Positions 26,406 through 35,731 of a stretch of DNA of 64,000 nt are shown in pieces. The notes under the pieces are model-generated. The model made no database searches. It was not told where the DNA came from and saw only the letters and a list, made by a program, of their open reading frames with translations. The stretch spans positions 205,547 to 269,546 of the forward strand of contig CAVSHR010000006.1 of the NCBI GenBank assembly GCA_963727625.1. Direction: 5' to 3'. The stretch is from an uncultured delta proteobacterium (lineage in GTDB: Bacteria > Desulfobacterota > Binatia > UBA9968). The position numbers were made by a program, and so were the translations under genes. Every line of letters starts with the position of its first letter. The stretch's first letter is position 1.

Positions 26406-29066
26406 ATGGAAACCCTCGCCGATATCATTCGCAGCATTCCGATATTTTCCGGCGTTTCGCGCGAAGATATCGCCAAAATCCTGGGCAAAATGGAAGAGGA
26501 ATCGTTCGGCGCCGGAGAGACGATTTTTTCCCAAGGCGACCAGGGTGACGCATTTTATTTGATTCAATCCGGTGCGGTGCAAGTCATTCTAGAAAGCGGC
26601 GCCGGTAAATCGGATGTCGTCGCTATTCTTGGGCCGCGCGATTGGTTCGGGGAAATGGCTTTGCTTTCGGGCGAGCCTCGCTCGGCAACAATTGACACGG
26701 TCAAGAAAACCGTTCTTTGGCGGCTCCGACGCGAGGATTGGGACGAATTGATCGAAAAGCACCCGACTTGGTTGCTGCAATTTTGCGCCACCCTGAGCAA
26801 AAGGCTTTCTTACGTTGATCGCCAATACTCGACCGGACGCGAGGCGTTCAACTCCTTGGCCGAGGAGTTTTACGCGGCGCGCTCGCCCGACGATCAAGCA
26901 TTTTTTCGCCAAGCGTCCTTGCTGCGCGCCATCGACAGGAAAACTTTGGCCGAGCTGCTTTCCGTCGCGGCGCCTGCCAATCTCTTAACCGAGCTCGCCG
27001 CGAGCCAATTCCCGCTGATCCGTCGTTTGGAACAAGACCGTTACGAGCTGCATAGTTTTTTTCGCGAATTCCTCCACGAGAAATTGTTCGCCACCGACGG
27101 CGCCGAAGCAAAAGAACGGCTCCATCGTCAATTTGCCGACCGGTACGAAGCCATTGGCGATTGGCAGGAGGCGGCTCATCATGCCCTGCAAGTTCAGGAT
27201 TGGTCCAAAGCGAGCAAGCTGCTGACGGCGGCAGATGAGCAATCCCTGGCCGGCGCGGCGCTATTCGTTAAAAACACTTTGGACGATTTCCCTCAAGAGC
27301 AATTCTTGGCCGATCCCCGCCTGGTCAACCTCAAGAGCAACGCTTTGATTCAACTGGGCGATAGGGTCGGCGCCTATCGGGCCTATCGCGAAATCCTGGC
27401 CCGCAAGACATCCGGCGCGGCGGACAACGACGGCATCGCCGGCTACCGCCGCATGGCCGAAACCCTGGCGCAGCGCAAAGAATACGGGCAGGCGATCCAT
27501 CACCTGCGCAGCGCGCTCAACCTGATCAGCCAGGAAGCGACGGCGTCGGACAGTTACCAAGAAACTCTCCCGGAAATGACGTGGCCCGGGATGGCCCTCC
27601 CGCCGCTATCGGATAGCGGCGGGAGGACGCTGCGAATCGGCCTGCGTTCATGGAGTCCTTGGCTCCGCTCTTCGTCATTGAGTAAATGGTTCGGCGCGCT
27701 TCTGGGACTAGCAGTCGGTGGTTTTCTGTGGTTCGGTCAACCGGATATCGGCTTGGATCCGTCCGCCACGAAGCTCCTGGGCTTGATTTCTGCAACGCTG
27801 ACCTTTTGGGTCTTCAGGTCCCTGCCGGACTACGGCGTCGCCTTGGCGTTTGCCATGATCATCATTCTCACGCGCTTGGAATCGCCGCAAACGGTGATGG
27901 GCGGTTTCGCCAGCACGACCTGGTTTATGACGCTGGGTGTCCTCGGACTTGGCGCGGCGATTACCGGCTGCGGCCTATTCTATCGCCTCTCGCTGCATCT
28001 CGTGCGTCTGTTTCCGTTGAGCTATTACTGGCAAATCGTTGCCACCGGCATCATGGGCGTCGTTGTCATGGCGCTGATTCCGCAGCAAACCGCGCGCACG
28101 GTGATCACCAGCCAGATGCTGGTCAATCTTTCCGAAAGCCTAGGCTACAAGACACCGTCCAGAGCATCCACCGGCCTATTCGTGGCAAGTTTTCTCGGTC
28201 TCGGCCAACTAGGATTTTTGTTTTTGACCGGCTCGACGACGAGCTTGATCGCCTGGGGTCTTTTGCCCGCCGACGTGCGCGCGCAATTTACTTGGGGCTT
28301 TTGGTTCCTCGCCGCTTTGCCCCCTACCCTCGTGGTAATCGTTATCATTCTGCTTTGCACGATCTTGCTCTACCGCCCGGAGTCGCGACCGAAGATTTCC
28401 TACACGATGGTGCAAACCCAGCTCAGTATTCTCGGACCCCTGTCTCATAAAGAATGGATCAGCTTCGCCGTGCTGATTTTCACGGTGACAGGCTGGCTCA
28501 CGGCGCCCTATCACGGCGTCGACGGCGCGTGGATTGCGATCATCGCCTTTGCCATTCTAGTCAACACCGGTACTCTCGATTGGAACATGATGCGCAAGGG
28601 CATCGACTGGGAATTGTTGATTTACATGGGCGTGACTTTAAGCATACCGACGCTCTTAAGGCAGGCGAAGATCGACCAGTGGCTGGTCGAGGTGATTTCG
28701 CCTTTGATTCTGCCGTTCATCAACAGCCCGGCCTGGTTTTTCGTGGTGATCGCGCTTTTGACTTACGCGCTCAAGCTGATCTTTACGAGTTTTCTCACCG
28801 TGGTCACTCTATGCGTCGCATTGTTGCCGTTATCCATCGACGTCGGTATGAGCCCGTGGATCATCACCATGATTATCTTGATCGCTTCCGAGGTGTGGTT
28901 TTTCCCCTATCAGATCGACTGGCATATGCTCGCCTACTCCACCACCGACGGCAAAGGTTTCTCTTATCCACTTATGTGCCGTATCAATATTTTTTACGCC
29001 ATCGCGTACTTGACCGCGTTGATCGTCGCGATTCCCTACTGGCGCTACTTGGGTTTGATCAATTAG
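26406..29066 (+). CDS. Fusion protein: cNMP-binding domain + helical-repeat (MalT/TPR-like) region + DASS/SLC13-like (IT-superfamily) permease
   Basis: 886 aa. The N-terminus has a Crp-type cNMP fold (IPIFSGVSREDIAKI...FGEMALLSGEPRSATIDT). Residues from about 150 to 400 are helical repeats. The C-terminal part of about 450 aa is polytopic membrane domain with an anion-permease-like pattern. Confidence 0.75.
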   Translation: METLADIIRSIPIFSGVSREDIAKILGKMEEESFGAGETIFSQGDQGDAFYLIQSGAVQVILESGAGKSDVVAILGPRDWFGEMALLSGEPRSATIDTVKKTVLWRLRREDWDELIEKHPTWLLQFCATLSKRLSYVDRQYSTGREAFNSLAEEFYAARSPDDQAFFRQASLLRAIDRKTLAELLSVAAPANLLTELAASQFPLIRRLEQDRYELHSFFREFLHEKLFATDGAEAKERLHRQFADRYEAIGDWQEAAHHALQVQDWSKASKLLTAADEQSLAGAALFVKNTLDDFPQEQFLADPRLVNLKSNALIQLGDRVGAYRAYREILARKTSGAADNDGIAGYRRMAETLAQRKEYGQAIHHLRSALNLISQEATASDSYQETLPEMTWPGMALPPLSDSGGRTLRIGLRSWSPWLRSSSLSKWFGALLGLAVGGFLWFGQPDIGLDPSATKLLGLISATLTFWVFRSLPDYGVALAFAMIIILTRLESPQTVMGGFASTTWFMTLGVLGLGAAITGCGLFYRLSLHLVRLFPLSYYWQIVATGIMGVVVMALIPQQTARTVITSQMLVNLSESLGYKTPSRASTGLFVASFLGLGQLGFLFLTGSTTSLIAWGLLPADVRAQFTWGFWFLAALPPTLVVIVIILLCTILLYRPESRPKISYTMVQTQLSILGPLSHKEWISFAVLIFTVTGWLTAPYHGVDGAWIAIIAFAILVNTGTLDWNMMRKGIDWELLIYMGVTLSIPTLLRQAKIDQWLVEVISPLILPFINSPAWFFVVIALLTYALKLIFTSFLTVVTLCVALLPLSIDVGMSPWIITMIILIASEVWFFPYQIDWHMLAYSTTDGKGFSYPLMCRINIFYAIAYLTALIVAIPYWRYLGLIN

Positions 29067-29073
29067 CTCGGCC

Positions 29074-30417
29074 ATGAGCCAAACTATTCTCATCGTCGAC
29101 GACGAACCGCTCAATCTCGATCTCTTGGAACAGGAGCTGTCCGATCTCGGTTATCCAGTCGATAAGGCAGACGGCGGCCGCGCGGCTTTGGCGCAACTGG
29201 CCGCGAAACCCGCCGATCTCGTTCTACTCGACTACCAGATGCCCGGCTTGAACGGCATCGAGGTATTAGGCGAGATTAAGAAAAGAGAGCCTGGCCTGCC
29301 GGTCATCATCATCACGGCCTACGGCACCATCGAACGCGCCGTCGAAGCGATTAAAGCCGGCGCGGACGATTTCATCACCAAGCCCTTTGACCCAGAGCAT
29401 CTTGCGGTCGTCGTCAACAAAGCCCTGGAAAAAGCCCGGCTTCGCTCCGAAGTGGAATTGCTCACGCGCGAGCTCGCCGGCCGTTATTATCTGGTTGCGG
29501 GAAATAGCATCGCGATGGCGGCGGCGCTGGCCGACGCGAAGAAAGCGGCGCGCAGCACGACTACTGTGTTACTGCTTGGCGAGAGCGGCACCGGCAAAGA
29601 GATTTTCGCCCGCTCGATTCACGAATGGAGCGATCGAGCGGCCCGGCCTTTCGTCGCGATCAACTGCGCCGGACTTTCCAAGGAGTTACTCGAAAGCGAG
29701 CTGTTCGGCCACGAACGCGGCGCCTTCACCGGCGCGCACCAGGCGAAGAAAGGCAAGATGGAAACGGCCGACGGCGGCACGGTCTTTCTCGATGAGGTTG
29801 GCGATATCGCGCCCGAGCTGCAAACCAAGCTGCTGCGCTTTCTCCAAGAGCGCGAATTCGAGCGGGTTGGCGGCATCCAGCCCATCCGCGTCGATATCAA
29901 AATCATCGCCGCGACCAACAAGAATCTCGAGGAAACGGTGCAACGCGGTTCGTTCCGCGAAGACTTGTACCACCGGCTGAACGTCATCGCGATCGCACTG
30001 CCGCCGTTGCGCGATCGAAAAGATGACATCCCCGCCTTGGCGGACTATTTTTTGCGCCGCTTTGCATCGGAGACGAAAAAACCCTTCACCGGCTTGAGTG
30101 AAGACGCCTTGGCTCGGTTGTGCGCCTACGCTTGGCCCGGCAATGTGCGGGAATTGGCCAACGTCATTGAGCGCGGCGTTGTCTTGGGCGACGGCCCTCG
30201 ATTTGCCGCTGATCATTTGCCGGCGCGGATGATCGGCACCGCAGCCGCATCGCCACCGGAGGCAAGACAATTTCACGACGCTGTGAATAGCCACCGCCGC
30301 GCGTTGATCGTCGACGCCCTCGCGCGCGCCCAGGGCAACCGCGCGGCGGCGGCAAAAACCCTCGGCCTGCACCGTACCCACCTGCTCAAGCTGATGAAGG
30401 CGCTCGGGATCACCTGA
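29074..30417 (+). CDS. Sigma-54-dependent (NtrC-family) response regulator
   Basis: Receiver (ILIVDDE...LLDYQMPGLNG), AAA+ module (GESGTGKE, ESELFGHERGAFTGA, RFLQEREFERVGG) and a C-terminal Fis-type HTH (GNRAAAAKTLGLHRTHLLKLMKAL). Confidence 0.92.
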   Translation: MSQTILIVDDEPLNLDLLEQELSDLGYPVDKADGGRAALAQLAAKPADLVLLDYQMPGLNGIEVLGEIKKREPGLPVIIITAYGTIERAVEAIKAGADDFITKPFDPEHLAVVVNKALEKARLRSEVELLTRELAGRYYLVAGNSIAMAAALADAKKAARSTTTVLLLGESGTGKEIFARSIHEWSDRAARPFVAINCAGLSKELLESELFGHERGAFTGAHQAKKGKMETADGGTVFLDEVGDIAPELQTKLLRFLQEREFERVGGIQPIRVDIKIIAATNKNLEETVQRGSFREDLYHRLNVIAIALPPLRDRKDDIPALADYFLRRFASETKKPFTGLSEDALARLCAYAWPGNVRELANVIERGVVLGDGPRFAADHLPARMIGTAAASPPEARQFHDAVNSHRRALIVDALARAQGNRAAAAKTLGLHRTHLLKLMKALGIT

Positions 30418-30942
30418 TCGCTAAAGCGGATTGGCCAACTGTTCTAGCGCGCTGCGACCCCACGGCTCTGCCGATTCCCTCCGTCAATCACCCAAGTTAT
30501 AGCCTTTGGTTGGCGCTTTCGCCGTTAAAATGTTTCACCCTTAAGTCCGATGAATCGAGTTCAGCCGCTCAATGACCTATCGGCGATAGTCGGCCGATTG
30601 GGTGGGAAAGGAAATTACTTTTGGTCTCGGCGCTCCCCCGCCAGAAAAATCAGCCGCGCCCGCTAGGTCTAAACCCGGCACCGCAGCGAATTTCGATCTG
30701 GCATGGCAAGGATTGAGCCGCGATCGGCGCAGCCTGCGCGATGGCGCGCCGATCAAAAAACCCCTCGTTAACGCCTATCGAAGCGTGATTTTCTCCCCGC
30801 ACAGCGGATCTCCCCGAATAAAACAATCTATTGATACCGCGTCGCCTCAATTTGCCGTTGTTACTTCTCATAACGCCCCTAATCGGTCTCGCCAGCGGTA
30901 GACGATTTTCGAAAGAAAAATTTCTAAAATGATATTTTTTTC

Positions 30943-30971
30943 TTGACATACAACTCCTTGTGCCTTAATGT
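30943..30971 (+). promoter_or_regulatory. Sigma-70-type promoter of the micro-ORF unit
   Basis: TTGACA (30943-30948), a 17-nt spacer, then TAATGT (30966-30971). An A/T-rich UP-like tract lies upstream (GAAAGAAAAATTTCTAAAATGATATTTTTTT). Confidence 0.5.
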
Positions 30972-31087
30972 TCGTATCACCTACAAAATATGGGAGGGTT
31001 TTTAGTAACTGTCCGTCTTCGCCTGAGTTATGTTTTTACACCTGTCAACTGAAAAGCCCACCCTTGGAATCCTAAAAGGAGGTGCTT

Positions 31088-31138
31088 ATGGCTGCTAAGA
31101 AAAAAGCCAAGAAGAAAGCCAAAAAGAAAAAGAAGTAA
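31088..31138 (+). CDS. 16-codon lysine-rich micro-ORF (MAAKKKAKKKAKKKKK)
   Basis: Strong RBS AAAGGAGGTG ending 4 nt upstream of the ATG. The ORF lies between a consensus-like promoter and an intrinsic terminator. Too short for the ORF track. Confidence 0.45.
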   Translation: MAAKKKAKKKAKKKKK

Positions 31139-31222
31139 GCATGGAGTTGTGAGGTTGTGGTAGTGGTGGTTTGAACCCTCCTTACTCTCAGGCGACAAGG
31201 TAACCGTTCTGGTTGCCTAATA

Positions 31223-31265
31223 CACAGAGCCCTCCGACATTACACTCGGGGGGCCTTGTGTTTTT
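31223..31265 (+). terminator. Rho-independent terminator
   Basis: CACAGAGCCCTCCG pairs with CGGGGGGCCTTGTG (14 positions: 11 Watson-Crick pairs, two G-U, one mismatch). The loop is 10 nt, followed by TTTTT (31261-31265). Confidence 0.6.
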
Positions 31266-31423
31266 AGCCTCGCGTCATTCGAGTTAATCTCAAAATCGCA
31301 TCTGCAGCATTACGGTGTTCGATAGGCTGGCGTAACTTTCATTAGGAACTTTTTAAAGTCCTAACACGTTAGCCAAATTGGGAGGGTTGCGTAGCCCTAT
31401 CCGGTTGGCTACTGTTAAGTCTC

Positions 31424-31987
31424 ATGACGATCCGATTCCTTTACCGCCTCCGGTATGTGATTGTGCTTACTGCGAGTCTGTTGACGCTTGATGTTGCGCC
31501 GCTGGGGAGTCAGTCGAGAGTCGATTACAAAGCGGTACCGATTCTGCAGCCGATGAAGGACCGGTCCCCCACGCCGGATTTTAGTTTGACCACGCCTGAG
31601 GAAAAAAAAATTTCACTCAAGGATTTCCGCGGTAAAGTTGTTTTGCTGAATTTCTGGGCGAGCTGGTGCGTGCCCTGTCGCGAAGAAATGCCGGCAATGG
31701 AAAAACTCTATCAGGAGTATAAAGGAAGCAATTTTGTCGTCTTGGCCGTGGCCGTAAAGGACCGTAAACAAGACGCCGTCGATTTCGTCAAGGAGCTTAA
31801 AATTACTTATCCCATTGCGCTCGATCCCGACGCCCAAGTGGGCAATCTGTACGGCGCTTGGGGATTACCCGCGACCTATTTGATCGGCGCAAAAGGCGAA
31901 GGCTTGGCGCGCGGCTGGGGACCGGCGGAGTGGTACAGCCAGGCGGCGCGCAAATTGATTAAAGATCTGGTCGACGGCAAACGATGA
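31424..31987 (+). CDS. TlpA-like periplasmic thiol:disulfide oxidoreductase
   Basis: Signal/anchor sequence, then [18 protein letters not shown] and [13 protein letters not shown] overlap with ccdA. Confidence 0.88.
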   Translation: MTIRFLYRLRYVIVLTASLLTLDVAPLGSQSRVDYKAVPILQPMKDRSPTPDFSLTTPEEKKISLKDFRGKVVLLNFWASWCVPCREEMPAMEKLYQEYKGSNFVVLAVAVKDRKQDAVDFVKELKITYPIALDPDAQVGNLYGAWGLPATYLIGAKGEGLARGWGPAEWYSQAARKLIKDLVDGKR

Positions 31988-32721
31988 CGGACATCAACGT
32001 TTTTGTCGCCTTTGCCGCGGGCGTTTTTTCGTTTCTCTCGCCCTGTGTTTTGCCGCTAATTCCCTCCTATCTTTCTTTCGTCTCGGGCGTGTCGCTGGAT
32101 GAAATGCGCAACGATCAAGCCCGCTCTCGGGTGCGCTGGCGGGTGGTTTTAAACTCCATCGCGTTCATCATTGGCTTTTCTCTGGTGTTCGTGTCTCTCG
32201 GCGCTTCGGCAAGTTTTCTCGGCGGGCTTTTTTTGGGCTACCGCAACGTCATTCGCATTTTCGGCGGCGTGTTCATACTGCTCGTCGGCCTCTACCTCGT
32301 CGGACTTTTCAAGATCGCGGCGCTCGATCGCTATTTGCAATTTAATTTGAAGGATAAGCCGGCCGGCTATTTCGGTTCGATCCTGGTCGGCATAACCTTC
32401 GCCGTGGCCTGGACTCCCTGCGTCGGGCCGATCCTCGGAGCCACGCTGGCGCTCGCCAGTACGGCGGGTGAAGTGGGCCGCGGTACGCTGCTGTTGTCCA
32501 GCTACGCGGCAGGGTTGGCGCTGCCGTTTTTCTTGAGCGCCTTGGCAATTAATTCCTTCTTCCAATTTTCGCAGAAACTGCGCCGCTACGTTCAAGCCAT
32601 CCACGTCGTCGGTGGTCTGCTCTTGATCATCGTCGGCATTCTTTTGATTACCGACTACATGACGCTGCTCAATGCTTACGCCTTGCGCTTTACGCCGCAA
32701 TGGTTGCTGCAACGGCTTTAA
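31984..32721 (+). CDS. ccdA: Cytochrome c biogenesis thiol-reductant transporter CcdA (DsbD-core family)
   Basis: 245 aa, 6 TM, with both conserved Cys motifs (SFLSPCVLPLIPSYL and AWTPCVGPILG). Confidence 0.88.
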   Translation: MTDINVFVAFAAGVFSFLSPCVLPLIPSYLSFVSGVSLDEMRNDQARSRVRWRVVLNSIAFIIGFSLVFVSLGASASFLGGLFLGYRNVIRIFGGVFILLVGLYLVGLFKIAALDRYLQFNLKDKPAGYFGSILVGITFAVAWTPCVGPILGATLALASTAGEVGRGTLLLSSYAAGLALPFFLSALAINSFFQFSQKLRRYVQAIHVVGGLLLIIVGILLITDYMTLLNAYALRFTPQWLLQRL

Positions 32722-32846
32722 GCACGCCGGTATTTTTCCACTGGTTTGACCCGTTACAGGCTAAATGTTAATTTTTTGAGACCTTTCTGAAAGACTCGTT
32801 GACGTTCCCGAGCAAGCCCAAACGTCAACATCCCGACGGAGCAACG

Positions 32847-33395
32847 ATGGAAGAGCATATCCGCGAAATTCTCAAAGCCATGGGTGAAGACCCCGATCGC
32901 GAAGGCCTGTTAAGAACTCCCCAGCGAGTCGCCCAAGCGCTGTCTTTCTTGACTCGCGGCTATGACATGGACCCGGCCAAGGTGATCAACGATGCACTTT
33001 TCAGCGAAGACTACGAAGAGATGATCGTGCAGAAAGACATCGACTTTTACTCTCTGTGCGAGCATCACCTGCTGCCGTTTTTCGGCAAGGCTCACGTGGC
33101 CTATATCCCGCATCATAAAATTGTCGGCATCTCCAAGCTGGCTCGGCTGGTCGACATCTATGCGCGGCGTTTGCAGGTGCAGGAACGGATGACCAATCAG
33201 ATCGCGACGATCATTATGGAGAAACTCGACGCCCTCGGTGTCGCCGTGGTGATCGAGGCGGAGCATTTGTGCATGCGCATGCGCGGCGTCGAGAAGCAAA
33301 ACTCCTACGTTATCACCAGCAGCTTGCTCGGCGCTTTTCGCACGCGCCAGGAGACGCGCAATGAATTTATGACGCTGATCCGGCAAAGGATTTAA
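32847..33395 (+). CDS. folE: GTP cyclohydrolase I
   Basis: [12 protein letters not shown]...[22 protein letters not shown]...[15 protein letters not shown] lies 5 nt upstream of ATG 32847, whereas the track ORF starts at TTG 32799. Confidence 0.92.
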   Translation: MEEHIREILKAMGEDPDREGLLRTPQRVAQALSFLTRGYDMDPAKVINDALFSEDYEEMIVQKDIDFYSLCEHHLLPFFGKAHVAYIPHHKIVGISKLARLVDIYARRLQVQERMTNQIATIIMEKLDALGVAVVIEAEHLCMRMRGVEKQNSYVITSSLLGAFRTRQETRNEFMTLIRQRI

Positions 33396-33406
33396 GCGAG
33401 GACTAG

Positions 33407-34885
33407 ATGGAAGTACGATTTCGCGATACCAACGCCGAACGAATCAGAACCGATCTTCTGGCGATCCCGGTCGGTGAAAAAAACTTGGACGCGCCCGTGA
33501 TTCGGCAGTTGGATCGCCGGCTCAAGGGCGATTTGCGCCGGCGCATCGTAAAAAGTAAATTTACCGGCGCCGCGGGCAGCACTTTGCTCTATCCCACTAT
33601 CGCCGGCTTGCCGGCGGTCCATGTGCTTTTGATCGGCCTGGGTGCTCTGAACGAGATCGGCAGCGACATTTGGCTGAGAACCGGCGCGCGTGTGTGTAAG
33701 GAAGCCGCGAGCTTGGGCGCAGCGGAGTGCGCTATTTATTTTACGCCCGATAAGGATGCGGAGATTGCCTCGGGGGCGTTAGTCGAGGGCGCCCTGCTTT
33801 CAGCCTACCAATTTAATAAATATCGCTCCAACGCCAAGCCGGCGAACGAAATCAAATTTCTCACTTTGTTCCGGCCGGGGCTTAAGCCATCGGTGGCTTT
33901 GCAAAAGTCCGTGCAGACGGCGCAAGCGATTATCCCGGGAGTTTTTCTCGCGCGCGATCTGGTCAATGAGCCGCCCTCGGTCGCAAACGCGCGCTTCTTG
34001 GGCAACCAGGCGATGCGCTTTTGCCGCGGTCGCGGTCTCACCGTTGAAGTTTGGGGCAAAAACAAAATCGAAGCAATGAAATTGGCCGGACTTTTGGCCG
34101 TCAACCGCGGCAGCCATGAAGAGCCGCGCTTCATCAAGATTCATTACAAACCGGCCGGTAAGGCTAGAACAAAAGTAACGTTGATCGGCAAGGGCATCAC
34201 TTTCGATTCCGGCGGCCTATCGCTCAAGCCGTCGAAGTCCATGGAAACCATGAAGCTCGACATGGCTGGCGGCGCCGCCGTGATCGCCGCCATGAGTTGC
34301 CTGCCCAAGCTTGGGCTCGATGTCGACGTGACCGGCTACGTCCCGACGACGGACAATCTGCCCGGGCACAACGCTCAGAAACCCGGCGATGTGATTCGTT
34401 ATTTGAACGGCAAGACCATTGAGGTGCTCAATACCGACGCCGAGGGCCGGCTGATTTTAGCCGACGCCCTCGCCCTCGCGGCACAGCAAAAGCCGGACTG
34501 CATGATTAACCTAGCGACACTCACCGGCGCCTGCATGGTCGCCCTCGGCAATCAAGTCGCGGGGCTGTTCAGCAACCATCAACCCCTGGCGGAAAGCCTG
34601 TTGCACTGCTCGCAGGAAGCCGGCGAAAAACTTTGGCAGCTGCCGCTGGTCAAAGAATACAAGGAAATGATCAAGAGCAGCGTCGCCGACATGAAAAACA
34701 TCGGCGGCGCCCACGCCGGCGCGATTACCGCGGCGTTGATCTTGCAGGAGTTCGTAGGCGAAGTTTCGTGGGCCCATCTCGACATCGCCGGGCCGGCGTT
34801 TGCCGAAAGCGACACCCCGCTTTGCCCCAAAGGCGGGACTGGATTCGGCGTGCGCACTCTGCTTAAATTTCTTTCGACACTATAA
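33407..34885 (+). CDS. pepA: Leucyl aminopeptidase (M17)
   Basis: 492 aa with M17 signatures (GKGITFDSGGLSLKP, NTDAEGRLILADAL). Confidence 0.92.
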   Translation: MEVRFRDTNAERIRTDLLAIPVGEKNLDAPVIRQLDRRLKGDLRRRIVKSKFTGAAGSTLLYPTIAGLPAVHVLLIGLGALNEIGSDIWLRTGARVCKEAASLGAAECAIYFTPDKDAEIASGALVEGALLSAYQFNKYRSNAKPANEIKFLTLFRPGLKPSVALQKSVQTAQAIIPGVFLARDLVNEPPSVANARFLGNQAMRFCRGRGLTVEVWGKNKIEAMKLAGLLAVNRGSHEEPRFIKIHYKPAGKARTKVTLIGKGITFDSGGLSLKPSKSMETMKLDMAGGAAVIAAMSCLPKLGLDVDVTGYVPTTDNLPGHNAQKPGDVIRYLNGKTIEVLNTDAEGRLILADALALAAQQKPDCMINLATLTGACMVALGNQVAGLFSNHQPLAESLLHCSQEAGEKLWQLPLVKEYKEMIKSSVADMKNIGGAHAGAITAALILQEFVGEVSWAHLDIAGPAFAESDTPLCPKGGTGFGVRTLLKFLSTL

Positions 34886-34898
34886 GGAGGAAGCTCTA

Positions 34899-35225
34899 AT
34901 GGGCAAGATTACCGAGGTTGGAGACAACAATTTCGATGCCGAAGTATTAAAGTCGTCGGTGCCGGTGCTGGTCGATTTCTGGGCGCCCTGGTGCGGCCCG
35001 TGCAAATCCATCGCGCCGATCGTCGAAGAGATCGCCGGCGAATACGAAGGCAAGCTCAAAGTGACGAAGCTGAACGTCGACGATCACCCGGCCACCGCGT
35101 CGCGCTACGGCATCCGTGGCATTCCCAATTTGATTATTCTCAAAGGCGGCGCGGTCAAAGAGCAGATCGTCGGCGCCGTGGCGAAGGCGAAACTCGTCAG
35201 CGCCATCGAAAAAGCTTTGCAGTAA
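34899..35225 (+). CDS. trxA: Thioredoxin
   Basis: AAGGAGG RBS. 108 aa with VLVDFWAPWCGPCK. Confidence 0.93.
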   Translation: MGKITEVGDNNFDAEVLKSSVPVLVDFWAPWCGPCKSIAPIVEEIAGEYEGKLKVTKLNVDDHPATASRYGIRGIPNLIILKGGAVKEQIVGAVAKAKLVSAIEKALQ

Positions 35226-35731
35226 ACCGTTCTCATCACCCGTCAAATCAAATCGGTCGCACGTATCGGCTGCGCTGGAGCTGAATCCCCGGTACCCGAA
35301 GCGGTGGCCGTTGTTTTTCCGGGTTCTTTAAGAGAGGCCCGCACGTTTATACTGTTCGATATGGGCATCAACAATAAACTTGTGACTCAGGTCAGGCTCG
35401 GTTCTGGAGCTCAAGTAATTCTGGCCCTGCTCATTCCGTTTCCCGCTTCTCCCTTTACTCATCCGCAGCATTCTACTCCAACGAATTGAGACGCGAATTT
35501 CTAGTGGCCTTCTAACGTCACCGCCGTACGGTTATGGATACCTGAGCCGGTTACTTTGTACCTGGCCACGGAGATTTCGTCGATTTCAAATGTCCAACCC
35601 TGCATTTCAGACAATTCGAGCATCTTGATCTTAACGAGACACGGCGGGACTTAGTTAGCCTTGATTAATCCACGTCGAATCGTTGATGATTCATCGCTTG
35701 GACCAATGGGTCGAAACTCGATCAATAAAGT

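Noticed and set aside
30690-30720. TGGCAAGGATTGAGCC downstream of the NtrC-type regulator as a sigma-54 promoter.
   Set aside because: The -12 element reads GAGC instead of TTGC, and no gene follows within a sensible distance.
30602-30949. Two 99-aa track ORFs (30602..30901 plus strand and 30650..30949 minus strand) in the large intergenic gap.
   Set aside because: They overlap each other antisense. They have no RBS, low-complexity Arg/Ser/Pro-rich translations and no recognisable family features. They are probably spurious.
35385-35425. CAGGTCAGG string resembling the SRP (4.5S) RNA helix-8 region.
   Set aside because: The following sequence lacks the conserved GGAA tetraloop and AGCA motif context, and no complementary 3' strand could be drawn.
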